Below, in pieces: positions 46,072 to 55,351 of a stretch of 64,000 nucleotides of DNA. Numbering within the stretch: the stretch's first letter is position 1; each line of letters starts with the position of its first letter. The stretch is from an uncultured Erysipelotrichaceae bacterium (lineage in GTDB: Bacteria; Bacillota_I; Bacilli_A; RF39; UBA660). The notes beneath the pieces were generated by a model, which was given only the letters and a program-made list of their open reading frames with translations, did not search any database and was not told where the DNA came from. Where the stretch lies: NCBI GenBank assembly GCA_902779035.1, contig CACZAH010000003.1:619-64618 (forward strand), written 5' to 3'. The translations under genes were made by a program, and so were the position numbers.

Positions 46072-46892
46072 TGAATTATATTAAAAAAATATTGAGTGTT
46101 GTTTTCTTTCCAGTAGTATTTCTTGCTGGAAGTTTTTGTATACAGTATATTTTTGTTGCAATCTTTAACAGTAGAAATTTAATTAAGTTTAGAGAATTAT
46201 ATCCAAATATGAATGATATAGATATCATTAGAACATATGATTATAAAAATGCACTTTCTAATTATCTAAATGATAAAGCCCTATTAATAGTGATTATAAC
46301 ATTTATTATATTTGCATTTATATTTGTTAAAGTACTGAAGAAAATGAATATAACTAATATTAAAAATAGAATTAATACCAATAATTATATAAATATATTT
46401 ATATTAGGATTCTTTATATCGATATTCTTTAATACATTTATTTATACATTAAATAGTGTTGTACATATTACAGATACTTATAAAGTAAGTAGTATACCTC
46501 TTATTGTTACTTTAATATCATCAGGAATAATAGGACCAATTCTAGAAGAATTATTATTTAGAGGAATAGTATATAATAAGTTATTAACATTTAATAATCA
46601 TAAGAAAGCATATATTATTACAAGTATAATGTTTTCAATTATGCACTTTCCAAATATAATAACTATGATTTATACATTTATATTATCATTTATAATGATA
46701 TATTTATATGATAAATATAAATCATTACAAGCACCAATTATATTTCATATTGCAATTAATACTACAATACTAGTATTAATATATTTACTTGTTAAGAATA
46801 ACATAGTAGTTAATTCTTTATTACTTCTAATAAGTTTATTTGGAACAGTATTAGTATTAAAATTAATTAATTGGAATTCAGACAAATTGTAA
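46071..46892 (+). CDS. CPBP family intramembrane glutamic endopeptidase
   Basis: EELLFRG, FSIMHF, FHIAINT motifs. Confidence 0.75.
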   Translation: MNYIKKILSVVFFPVVFLAGSFCIQYIFVAIFNSRNLIKFRELYPNMNDIDIIRTYDYKNALSNYLNDKALLIVIITFIIFAFIFVKVLKKMNITNIKNRINTNNYINIFILGFFISIFFNTFIYTLNSVVHITDTYKVSSIPLIVTLISSGIIGPILEELLFRGIVYNKLLTFNNHKKAYIITSIMFSIMHFPNIITMIYTFILSFIMIYLYDKYKSLQAPIIFHIAINTTILVLIYLLVKNNIVVNSLLLLISLFGTVLVLKLINWNSDKL

Positions 46893-46911
46893 AATAATTT
46901 TGTCTTTTTTT
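46880..46911 (+). terminator. intrinsic terminator (stop codon lies in the loop)
   Basis: Stem AGACAAA/TTTGTCT followed by T7. Confidence 0.6.
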
Positions 46912-47042
46912 GTAAAGTAAAAATTGCTCAAAATGTAAAATGATAATTAAAATTGATGAAGTTTTGATAAATGATATTAAACTTGCTTTTATTTTATTTT
47001 AAAATATGGTAATATTATATGTAGAAAGAAAGATGTGATTAG

Positions 47043-47768
47043 ATGATTAAACATATTAATGATGTTGATATTAATTATATAGAGTATGGCGAAGGTGATG
47101 ACATAGTCTTACTTCATGGTTGGGGACAAAACATTCAAATGATGAAGCCTGTTGGTGATAAGTTAAAAGGTCATATCATTATTCTTGATTTACCTGGTTA
47201 TGGAAATTCTTCAGAACCACCTTATGTATGGACAATCTATGATTATGTAGAGTGTGTACATGAGTTTTTAAAAAGTATTGGAGTTAAAAATCCAATTATG
47301 ATGGGACATTCTTTTGGTGGTAAGATATCACTTGCTTATGCTAGTAAGTATAAGGTAAAGAAACTTGTATTATTTGCAAGTCCTTTTAAAAAAGGTGTTG
47401 AGAAAATGCCTTTGAAAACTAAGATATTAAAGGCAGCTAAAAAAATACCATTATTAAATAAGTTAGAAGGTTTTGCTAAAAAGCATATTGGTTCTACTGA
47501 TTATAAGAATGCATCTGAGATGATGAGAAAGATACTTGTTGAAACTGTTAACTTAGATATTCGTGAAGATGTAAAGAAGATTAAATGTCCAACTTTTATT
47601 TTCTGGGGTACTAATGATGAGGCTGTACCGGTGGAAGATGCAAAAGAGTTAGAGTCCCTAATACCTGATTCAGGACTTGTAATCTATGAAGGTTGTACTC
47701 ACTATGCTTACTTAGAGATGTTACCACAAGTAATAAAAGTAATTAGAATATTTTTGGAGGGTAAATAG
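47043..47768 (+). CDS. alpha/beta hydrolase
   Basis: HGWG oxyanion region, GHSFGG nucleophile elbow, C-terminal His region (CTHYAYLE). Confidence 0.75.
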   Translation: MIKHINDVDINYIEYGEGDDIVLLHGWGQNIQMMKPVGDKLKGHIIILDLPGYGNSSEPPYVWTIYDYVECVHEFLKSIGVKNPIMMGHSFGGKISLAYASKYKVKKLVLFASPFKKGVEKMPLKTKILKAAKKIPLLNKLEGFAKKHIGSTDYKNASEMMRKILVETVNLDIREDVKKIKCPTFIFWGTNDEAVPVEDAKELESLIPDSGLVIYEGCTHYAYLEMLPQVIKVIRIFLEGK

Positions 47769-47770
47769 TT

Positions 47771-49348
47771 ATGTTATATTTTTTATTATCATTAATACCT
47801 TTAGTATATTTAACAATTATTAAGAGTAAGAAATCTATACATATGTTACAACAAAACTATTATGATGAATCTAATAGGTATTTATTATGGATTAAAGCTA
47901 ATTTAAAGAAAGTATTTTTAAACTTCGATTTAGTATTATTTCTAATTGTAATTGGATTTATATTAAATGATTTTATTACGATGATTCTATTTAGTTTACT
48001 TACAATATTTTCTATAATAGAGATTAAACGTATTAAGGAACAAGTAAAGAAACCTTTAGTTATAACTTCACGTGTTAAAAGAATGATTATAACTGAAATT
48101 GTATTATATGCAATAATACTTCTTATTATGATTCTTAGTTTTAATGAGAATGATATAACTATATACTATTTAATACTTAGTGTAGTTACATATTTTAATT
48201 GTTTTATAATATGGCTTGTTAATAAAATAAATATCCCTGTTGAAAAATGTGTATATCTACATTTTAAACATATGGCACAGAATAAGTTATTCTCAATGAA
48301 TTTACCAGTAATAGGTATTACAGGTAGTTATGGTAAGACTAGTAGTAAGAATATCTTAAATGATATCTTAAATGTTAAATTTAATGCGTTTGCTACACCA
48401 AAGAACTTTAATACTCCTTATGGACTTATTAGATCTATTAATCAGTATTTAGATAAGTTTAATGATTTATTTATAGCTGAGATGGGGGCTTTCAAAGTTG
48501 GTGAGATTGCAACTACTTGTCGTCTTGTTAAACCTAAATATGGAATACTTACTACTATTGGTGAGGCACACTTAGAATCTTTTGGCTCTCGTGAAAATAT
48601 TCAAAAAGGTAAGTTTGAACTTATTGAATCATTACCTGAAGATGGAATAGGAATACTTAATGGTGATGATCCTTATCAAAGAAGTTATAAACTAAAAAAT
48701 AACTGTAAAGTAATGTGGATTGGTATTGATTCAGATGATGTAGATTTAAAAGCTACTAATATAAAACTTAGTGGAGATGGTACTACTTTTGATTGTATAT
48801 TCAAAGGAGATAAGAAGAAATATAAATTTCAAACTAAATTACTTGGAAAACATAATGTTTACAATATTTTGGCAGCTATTTTACTAGGACATGAACTTGG
48901 TATGAGTATTGATGAGTTAAAAAGAGGAGTTGCATCGGTTAAAACTATTGAACATAGATTAGAGTTAAAACCATATGGTACTAACTATATAATAGATGAT
49001 GCATATAACTCTAATCCAGTTGGTTCTAAGATGGCTCTTGATGTACTAGGACTTATGGATGGAATAAAAATAGTAGTTACTCCAGGTATGATTGAACTAG
49101 GAGAAAAACAGTATGAAGCTAATTATAAGTTTGGAGAGTATATTAGCGAAGTAGCTGACTATGTAATATTAGTAGGTAAGAATCAAACAAAACCAATATA
49201 TGATGGATTAAAGAATAAAAAGTATAATAAAGATAATATATATGTAATTAATGATGTAAAAGAGGCATTTCCAATAATGAATAAGTTATCAACTAAGAAA
49301 ACTTATATCTTACTAGAAAATGATTTGCCAGATTTATTTAATGAATAG
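47771..49348 (+). CDS. murF: MurF-like UDP-MurNAc-tripeptide:D-Ala-D-Ala ligase with N-terminal membrane extension
   Basis: Mur ligase P-loop GITGSYGKTSS at about residue 183; central and C-terminal Mur domains (DDAYNSNP). The first 170 aa or so are hydrophobic helices. Followed by ddl. Confidence 0.7.
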   Translation: MLYFLLSLIPLVYLTIIKSKKSIHMLQQNYYDESNRYLLWIKANLKKVFLNFDLVLFLIVIGFILNDFITMILFSLLTIFSIIEIKRIKEQVKKPLVITSRVKRMIITEIVLYAIILLIMILSFNENDITIYYLILSVVTYFNCFIIWLVNKINIPVEKCVYLHFKHMAQNKLFSMNLPVIGITGSYGKTSSKNILNDILNVKFNAFATPKNFNTPYGLIRSINQYLDKFNDLFIAEMGAFKVGEIATTCRLVKPKYGILTTIGEAHLESFGSRENIQKGKFELIESLPEDGIGILNGDDPYQRSYKLKNNCKVMWIGIDSDDVDLKATNIKLSGDGTTFDCIFKGDKKKYKFQTKLLGKHNVYNILAAILLGHELGMSIDELKRGVASVKTIEHRLELKPYGTNYIIDDAYNSNPVGSKMALDVLGLMDGIKIVVTPGMIELGEKQYEANYKFGEYISEVADYVILVGKNQTKPIYDGLKNKKYNKDNIYVINDVKEAFPIMNKLSTKKTYILLENDLPDLFNE

Positions 49349-49357
49349 GAGGATTTT

Positions 49358-50557
49358 ATGAAGATTAAATTAGGTGTTATATTTGGAGGAGAAAGTGTTG
49401 AACATGAGGTAAGTATTATTAGTGCAGTTCAAGCGATGGAGTCTATTGATAGAGATAGATATGATATTATTCCAATTTATGTAAGTAAAGAGCGTATTTG
49501 GTATACAGGTGCTATGTTAAGAGATATTGATGTATATAAGAATTTTGATGATTTAAAAAGATATGCAAAAGAGGTTGTGTTAACTAAGAAAGGTGATAAA
49601 TACTATCTTCAATCTACAAAAGGAATATTTAGAAAAGATGTAACCGATATTGATATTATGTTTCCAATAGTACATGGGAATAATGTAGAAGATGGTTCAA
49701 TTCAAGGTTATTTAGAGTCTGCTGGTATTCCATATGTAGGAAGTCACGTATTAGGGTCTGCTCTAGGACAGGATAAAGTACTTATGAAACAAGTGTTTGA
49801 ATCAAATGATATTCCTGTTGTACCTTATACTTGGTTTTATGATTATGAATATGAAGAGGATAATAAAACTATATTAGATAAGATTAATAAGTTAAAATAC
49901 CCAGTAGTTGTTAAACCTGCAACTCTTGGTAGTAGTGTAGGTATTACTTATGTTAAGAGTGATACTGATATTAGAGATGCGATAAAAGAGGCTATTAAAT
50001 ATGATAATAAGATAGTAGTGGAACATGCAGTATCTAATCTTATAGAAGTAAACTGTAGTGTACTTGGTAATTATAAACATCAAGAATGTAGTGCGCTTGA
50101 GGAAGTATTAAGTGATAACGAACTCTTAACTTATGCAGACAAATATATAGGTGGTAACAAAGGTAAGCTAAAAGGATCTATGAAATCATCTAAAGGTATG
50201 GCATCAACAAGTCGTATTATTCCTGCTCGAATTGATAAAAAAGTAGAAGATAAGGTAAAAGATATTTCTGTACGTGCATTTAAAGCTCTTAACTTAAGTG
50301 GAGTATGTAGAATAGATTTTCTAATTGATGGTAAGAGTAACGAAGTATATATCAACGAACCAAACACAATACCTGGATCACTTGCGTTTTATCTTTGGGA
50401 ACCAATTGGAAAAGGATATACTGAACTACTTAGCGATATGATTAATATAGCTATTAAAGATTATAAAGAAAAGCATAAGAAAACATATTCGTTTGATACT
50501 AATATCTTAAGTAATTTTAATGGTTTAAAAGGAGCAAAGGGCAAACTAAAAAGATAG
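49358..50557 (+). CDS. ddl: D-alanine--D-alanine ligase (long form)
   Basis: KLGVIFGGESVEHEVSIISA start. ATP-grasp core. EPNTIPGS near the C-terminus. Confidence 0.85.
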   Translation: MKIKLGVIFGGESVEHEVSIISAVQAMESIDRDRYDIIPIYVSKERIWYTGAMLRDIDVYKNFDDLKRYAKEVVLTKKGDKYYLQSTKGIFRKDVTDIDIMFPIVHGNNVEDGSIQGYLESAGIPYVGSHVLGSALGQDKVLMKQVFESNDIPVVPYTWFYDYEYEEDNKTILDKINKLKYPVVVKPATLGSSVGITYVKSDTDIRDAIKEAIKYDNKIVVEHAVSNLIEVNCSVLGNYKHQECSALEEVLSDNELLTYADKYIGGNKGKLKGSMKSSKGMASTSRIIPARIDKKVEDKVKDISVRAFKALNLSGVCRIDFLIDGKSNEVYINEPNTIPGSLAFYLWEPIGKGYTELLSDMINIAIKDYKEKHKKTYSFDTNILSNFNGLKGAKGKLKR

Positions 50558-50582
50558 TTTGTTTTTTGAAATAAGGTGTAAT

Positions 50583-51368
50583 ATGTTTACAAAAGAAGAA
50601 GAAAACAAAATTGGTTTAATCATGACTATGTATAAAGAAAATGATACATTAAGAAAGAATCTGGAAAATAAATATGATAATAATCCGAGTTTATTAAATC
50701 CATATGAAATTTACGTATTAGAAGTAGTATATAGATATGGAAACAATGGATATTTTGATGAATTAAGTAGATGTGGTAATATAAGTGATGTTGCAACCAA
50801 AATTAAAACATTTATGGATAACTGTAATGATATACCTAATTTTGAATTTGAAAAGTTTAAAGATTATAATAAACCAGGTAACTTAAATGATATAGAAAGT
50901 TTTTGTGTAAAGCTAATACTTAAGAATAAAGATAAAAAAAGAATACTTGAAAATAAGATGATGTATACATATGATGATTATGTAGAGATAAAGCTTGATA
51001 CAGATGAAAATATTAAAGAATCCATTATGCACGTATTATTTATTAAGGCACTAACGGAATTTATAAAAAATAGAATAGACATGGAATCATTTAAGGGCAT
51101 AATAGATAGACAAATTAAGCCAGGTATGTTTGCAAGTGTGGATAAATATTTCTTATCTACTATGCTTAGAGATATTCCTGAAATAGGTGAGGCTATACTT
51201 GATGCGTCTGAAAAATGTTTTAATGATGTTAAAACTGATGTAGAGAATGGTAATGGGTTAGGGTTATTGAGTGCACAATTTGGTGAAGGTATTGATGAGA
51301 TTAAAATTAATATATCATTTGATGATGTATATGGTGATTTAAGGAAAAAAAAAAAAAAAAAAGTATAA
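50583..51368 (+). CDS. hypothetical protein ending in a poly-Lys tail
   Basis: SD AAGGTG before the ATG at 50583. No family recognised. The last 8 codons include six AAA. Confidence 0.45.
   Translation: MFTKEEENKIGLIMTMYKENDTLRKNLENKYDNNPSLLNPYEIYVLEVVYRYGNNGYFDELSRCGNISDVATKIKTFMDNCNDIPNFEFEKFKDYNKPGNLNDIESFCVKLILKNKDKKRILENKMMYTYDDYVEIKLDTDENIKESIMHVLFIKALTEFIKNRIDMESFKGIIDRQIKPGMFASVDKYFLSTMLRDIPEIGEAILDASEKCFNDVKTDVENGNGLGLLSAQFGEGIDEIKINISFDDVYGDLRKKKKKKV
51345..51362 (+). repeat. A18 homopolymer tract
   Basis: 18 consecutive A counted directly (51345..51362), encoding KKKKKK two codons before the stop. Confidence 0.95.
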
Positions 51369-51687
51369 TTTTGTAAAATTAGTGTTTGGGCTAATATATG
51401 CGCCTTTTAGGAGCGATATGATTACAAAATTTAATAATTTAGATATGGTATTAGGTAATAAGTTACAATTACAAATACTTTGATTAATAACTGAAATAAA
51501 TCAGCTGAGTATCAAACCTTTGTTTCACATGCGTATGTATGCATATATATAATTATAATGAACACAAAACTATAAAAGATGAAGATGTTACTTTACATGA
51601 ATCAAAGAATACTGATAAAACATGAACTTGTGTCTATGATGATAAAGAAGAACAGTATTATAATCGGTTGATTGTTGAAAAAAACAA

Positions 51688-51716
51688 TTGACAAATGCGA
51701 GTTCGTGTGCTAATAT
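51688..51716 (+). promoter_or_regulatory. promoter of secE-nusG
   Basis: TTGACA-17 nt-TAATAT. The -10 lies in the loop of hairpin 51702..51732. Confidence 0.5.
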
Positions 51717-51767
51717 TTTATTAGCGCACGAATTAGTGTTTTTATTTTAAGTAAAATTGGAGGGTTT

Positions 51768-51941
51768 ATGAAGAAAATTGCAAGATTTTTTGTAGATGTA
51801 AAAAAGGAATTAAAAAGAGTTAGATGGCCAAAGAAAAAAGATATGATAGTATATTCTACTGCAACAGTTGCATCACTAGTATTCTTTATGGTATTCTTTA
51901 CAATTATTGATACTGTGTTAGGATTATTGAAGGTGTTATAA
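51768..51941 (+). CDS. secE: preprotein translocase subunit SecE (57 aa, below track cutoff)
   Basis: MKKIARFFVDVKKELKRVRWPKKKDM plus a single TM. SD GGAGGG. Stop overlaps the nusG ATG (TAATG). Confidence 0.85.
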   Translation: MKKIARFFVDVKKELKRVRWPKKKDMIVYSTATVASLVFFMVFFTIIDTVLGLLKVL

Positions 51942-52477
51942 TGGAAAAAGAATGGTATGTTGTTAATACTTATTCAGGACATGAGAATAAGGTAAAAGAA
52001 AAGTTAGAGATGCGTGCAAGCAGTATGGGTATGGAAGACTATATCTTTAGAGTAGTTGTTCCAGAAGAAACTGTTATTGAAACTGCTAAAGATGGCTCTG
52101 AGAAAGAAAAAAAAGTTAAAATGTTTCCAGGTTATATACTAGTTGAAATGATTATGACTGATGAAGCATGGTTTATTGTACGTAATACACCGGGTGTTAC
52201 TGGATTTATCGGATCATCTGGTAAAGGTGCTAAACCTTTTCCACTTACTAAAGATGAAGTAGATAAAATATTAGGTTCTATGAATATGAGTAGAATAGAT
52301 ATAGAATCAGAACTAAAAGTAGATGATTCAGTAAAAGTAACTGCTGGAGCATTTGCTAATATGTTTGGTAAAGTTAAAAATATTGATATGCAAAAACAAA
52401 TGATAGAAGTAGCTTTAGACTTATTTGGTCAAGAGACTATGGTTGAAGTTGGATTTGACGAGATAGAGAAAGTATAA
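51941..52477 (+). CDS. nusG: transcription termination/antitermination factor NusG
   Basis: NGN start (KEWYVVNTYSGHENKV, FPGYILVEM) and a C-terminal KOW domain. Confidence 0.9.
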   Translation: MEKEWYVVNTYSGHENKVKEKLEMRASSMGMEDYIFRVVVPEETVIETAKDGSEKEKKVKMFPGYILVEMIMTDEAWFIVRNTPGVTGFIGSSGKGAKPFPLTKDEVDKILGSMNMSRIDIESELKVDDSVKVTAGAFANMFGKVKNIDMQKQMIEVALDLFGQETMVEVGFDEIEKV

Positions 52478-52499
52478 TTTTGATATAAATATATCCCAA

Positions 52500-52529
52500 A
52501 AAGTTATTCCAGTGTACTGGAATAACTTT
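52500..52529. repeat. 13-bp-stem hairpin element, copy 1 of a two-member family
   Basis: AAAGTTATTCCAG-TGTA-CTGGAATAACTTT. Shares its flanks and outer stem with 55322..55351. Confidence 0.7.
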
Positions 52530-52640
52530 ACAAAACAAATTTGCTATAGTATAAAAGATATTAAAGTAATAAATATATTTGATTTTTTAGCTGATGAAAC
52601 ATTTTAATATTGCTTTTTAAAATATAGAAAGGGATTGTTT

Positions 52641-52856
52641 ATGATTACAGAGAGAGTATTGAATAAGGATATAATTGATTCAAAGGTGAAAATAGGTGTT
52701 ATTTTTAACAATTATTCTACTAGTGGAGCATATACAAAGTATTATGAAGGTGTTGTTGTTACTATTGGAACCATTGGAAAAGAATCTTTTGTTGTCCTTG
52801 ATAATAACATTTTAATATCTTTAAAACATATTCAAACTATAGAAATAATTGGTTAG
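52641..52856 (+). CDS. hypothetical small protein (71 aa) between nusG and rplK
   Basis: SD AAAGGGA before the ATG at 52641. Beta-rich sequence. No family recognised. Confidence 0.4.
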   Translation: MITERVLNKDIIDSKVKIGVIFNNYSTSGAYTKYYEGVVVTIGTIGKESFVVLDNNILISLKHIQTIEIIG

Positions 52857-52859
52857 ATG

Positions 52860-52888
52860 TTTACAAAACAATAATTATGTGATATTAT
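52860..52888 (+). promoter_or_regulatory. promoter of rplK-rplA
   Basis: TTTACA-17 nt-TATTAT with an extended -10 TG, followed by a leader of about 100 nt. Confidence 0.5.
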
Positions 52889-52998
52889 AAGTTCGCTTAT
52901 TTAAATTTTATCTGTGGGAGTTTTGTTTATGCGGAGCACTTTTACCACGATAAAGTTTTAAATATAGATATAAAAAACAATAATGGGAGGTGTTTTTT

Positions 52999-53421
52999 GT
53001 GGCAGAGATAGTAAAGAAGATTAAATTACAAATTCCTGCGGGTAAAGCTACACCGGCTCCTCCAGTAGGTACTGTATTAGGTCCAGCTGGAATTAATTTA
53101 CAGGAATTCTGTACTAAGTATAATGATGCAACTAGAGATAAGATGGGTGATATCCTACCAGTTGAAATAACTGTAATGGATGATAGAAGTTTTACATTTG
53201 TAATTAAAACTCCACCAACTGCATTCTTAATTAAGAAGACAGCTAAGATTAAGAAAGGTTCTTCTAAAGGTAAGGATGAGATTGTTGGTAAGCTTACTAA
53301 GAATCAACTTAGAGAAATAGCAGAGATTAAGTTACCAGATTTAAACTGCTATACTGTAGAAGAAGCTATGAAGATAGTTGCAGGTACTGCTCATAATATG
53401 GGCGTTGAAATCGTTGATTAA
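52999..53421 (+). CDS. rplK: 50S ribosomal protein L11
   Basis: [25 protein letters not shown] signature. GTG start after SD GGGAGGTG. Confidence 0.9.
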   Translation: MAEIVKKIKLQIPAGKATPAPPVGTVLGPAGINLQEFCTKYNDATRDKMGDILPVEITVMDDRSFTFVIKTPPTAFLIKKTAKIKKGSSKGKDEIVGKLTKNQLREIAEIKLPDLNCYTVEEAMKIVAGTAHNMGVEIVD

Positions 53422-53471
53422 TAATCGATTAATTAAATTTATCCGCATAAAAATATATAAGGAGGATAAGT

Positions 53472-54164
53472 ATGAAGAGATCTAAAAAGTATGTAGAAGC
53501 ATCTAGTAAAGTAGGAAATAAGAAATATACTAAAGATGAAGCTATTAAATTAGTTAAGGAACTTGCTGCTGCTAAATTTGATGAGACTGTTGAATTATCT
53601 CTAAATTTAAACTTAGATACTAAGAAGTCTGATCAACAATTAAGAGGAGCTACAGTTCTTCCTAATGGTATTGGTAAAACTAAGAAAGTGTTAGTAATTG
53701 CTAAAGGAGCTAAAGCAACTGAAGCTAAAGATGCTAATGCAGATTATGTTGGAGATACTGATATGATTGATAAGATAGCTAATGAAAATTGGTTTGATTT
53801 TGATACTTTAATTGCTACTCCAGATATGATGCCTGCTTTAGGTAAGATTGGTCGTGTGTTAGGCCCTAAAGGATTGATGCCAAACCCTAAAACTGGTACT
53901 GTAACTATGGATGTTAAAAAGGCAGTTGAAGATGTTAAAAAAGGTCGTGTAGAGTATCGTGCTGATAGTTATGGTAATGTTGCTGTTTCTATTGGCAAAG
54001 TATCATTTGATGCAGATAAACTATTAGGAAACCTTGATGCATTTGTTTCTTTAATTATTAAGACTAAACCTAGTGTTGTTAAAGGTAAATATATTAAAAG
54101 TGTAACTATTTCATCAACAATGGGTCCTGGTATTAAAATTGATGAAGCTGAATTTGAAATTTAG
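53472..54164 (+). CDS. rplA: 50S ribosomal protein L1
   Basis: MKRSKKY..., FDETVEL...[26 protein letters not shown]. Confidence 0.9.
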   Translation: MKRSKKYVEASSKVGNKKYTKDEAIKLVKELAAAKFDETVELSLNLNLDTKKSDQQLRGATVLPNGIGKTKKVLVIAKGAKATEAKDANADYVGDTDMIDKIANENWFDFDTLIATPDMMPALGKIGRVLGPKGLMPNPKTGTVTMDVKKAVEDVKKGRVEYRADSYGNVAVSIGKVSFDADKLLGNLDAFVSLIIKTKPSVVKGKYIKSVTISSTMGPGIKIDEAEFEI

Positions 54165-54166
54165 TA

Positions 54167-54297
54167 TTTACAAAGAATTTGTTATGTGTTATAATATAAC
54201 GCAGTTGGAGATACCGTAGACAGTAGGCAATAGTAAGTCCTACCGAGGCACTTAAATTTTAAGAACTCAAAGTCCAGGTATTAGTGCCTGGATTTTT
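54167..54297 (+). promoter_or_regulatory. rplJ promoter plus L10-leader-like attenuator
   Basis: TTTACA-17 nt-TATAAT (extended TG), then a relatively GC-rich structured leader ending in hairpin TCCAGG/CCTGGA plus T5 (54273..54297) just before the rplJ SD. Position matches the Firmicute L10 leader. Confidence 0.5.
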
Positions 54298-54333
54298 ACT
54301 TAACGGTATTACACAAAATTAAGGAGGTGTAAT

Positions 54334-54828
54334 ATGGCAAATCCAAAAATACTAGAAAAGAAACAAGCGGTAATTGATGAGATTACTGAAAACGTTAAGA
54401 ATTCTGCATCTTTCATTCTTCTTGAAAATCATGGTTTAACTGTTGCTGAGACTATGGAGCTTAGAAGATTGTTAAGAGAGTCAGGTTCTGAACTCAAGAT
54501 TTACAAAAATACGTTAGTTGCTCGTAGTTTGAAAACTCTAGATATTGATTTAGAGAAAGAGTTAAATGGTCCAAAAGTATTTGTATATGGTAAAGATATT
54601 ATTGAACCTATTAAAGCAGCTAGTAGCTTTATTAAAAATCATCCAGCATTAGAAATGAAGATTGGTATTGTCGATGGTAAAGTTACTGAAATTGATGAGC
54701 TAAACAAATTAGCTACTATCCCATCAAGAGAAGGATTACTTACAATGTTTGCATCTGGACTTATGGGAATTGCAAGAGATTTTGCAATTTGCTTAGATTT
54801 ACATAGTAAAAATTTAGAAGAAAAATAA
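54334..54828 (+). CDS. rplJ: 50S ribosomal protein L10
   Basis: Position and sequence (GLTVAETMELRRLLRESGSELKIYKNTL). Confidence 0.9.
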   Translation: MANPKILEKKQAVIDEITENVKNSASFILLENHGLTVAETMELRRLLRESGSELKIYKNTLVARSLKTLDIDLEKELNGPKVFVYGKDIIEPIKAASSFIKNHPALEMKIGIVDGKVTEIDELNKLATIPSREGLLTMFASGLMGIARDFAICLDLHSKNLEEK

Positions 54829-54850
54829 TAATTGAAAGGAGAGATATATT

Positions 54851-55219
54851 ATGGCAAAATTAAGCGCACAAGAAATTATTGATTCACTAAAAGAAATGAC
54901 TCTTTTAGAAATTAAAGAAGTAGTTGATTTAATGAAGGAGGAATTTGGTGTTGATCCATCTGCTGTTGCTGTAGCTGCTGCTCCTGCTGCAGATACAGCT
55001 GCTGCTGGTCCATCTGAACAAGATGTTGTTCTAGCTAGCTGTGGAGCTAACAAAATTGCCGTTATTAAATTAATTAAAGAAGTTACTGGATTAGGTTTAG
55101 GAGAAGCTAAAGCTATCGCAGATAACGGTGGCGTTATTAAAGAAAAAGCTAAATCAGATGAAGCTGAAGAATTAAAAGCTAAGTTTGAAGAAGCTGGCGC
55201 TACTATTGAATTAAAATAA
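54851..55219 (+). CDS. rplL: 50S ribosomal protein L7/L12
   Basis: Ala-rich hinge AVAVAAAPAADTAAAGP and C-terminal domain (KIAVIKLIKEVTGLGLGEAKA). Confidence 0.9.
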   Translation: MAKLSAQEIIDSLKEMTLLEIKEVVDLMKEEFGVDPSAVAVAAAPAADTAAAGPSEQDVVLASCGANKIAVIKLIKEVTGLGLGEAKAIADNGGVIKEKAKSDEAEELKAKFEEAGATIELK

Positions 55220-55321
55220 TTTAATTTTAGACTTTCAAGCCTATACTTTGAGTATGGGCTTTAAGTGTTTGTTAGGGGTTTGTATGTTACAAATTATAAC
55301 GTAATAAATTAGCATATAAAA

Positions 55322-55351
55322 AAAGTTATTACGGTTAACCGTAATAACTTT
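55322..55351. repeat. perfect 30-bp palindrome, copy 2 of the hairpin family; minus-strand terminator
   Basis: AAAGTTATTACGGTT/AACCGTAATAACTTT. On the minus strand it is followed by T7 (complement of A-run 55315..55321). Confidence 0.7.

Noticed and set aside
51369-51687. About 320 nt without an annotated gene between the poly-Lys protein and secE, with several frames interrupted only by TGA
   Set aside because: No frame gives a recognisable protein even when TGA is read through. Apart from the A18-linked extension (reported separately), I could not support a pseudogene or RNA call.
51695-51724. Possible rpmG (L33) remnant upstream of secE: a 9-codon ORF starting MRVRV, and nearby frames reading ..DVTLHESK
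   Set aside because: Similarity is limited to 5 residues and lies inside a consensus promoter/hairpin. No CxxC zinc-ribbon spacing compatible with L33 could be reconstructed in any frame, so it is most likely chance.
54814-55053. Minus-strand 79-aa Ala-rich ORF
   Set aside because: It is the antisense of the GC-rich Ala hinge of rplL, a classic shadow ORF.
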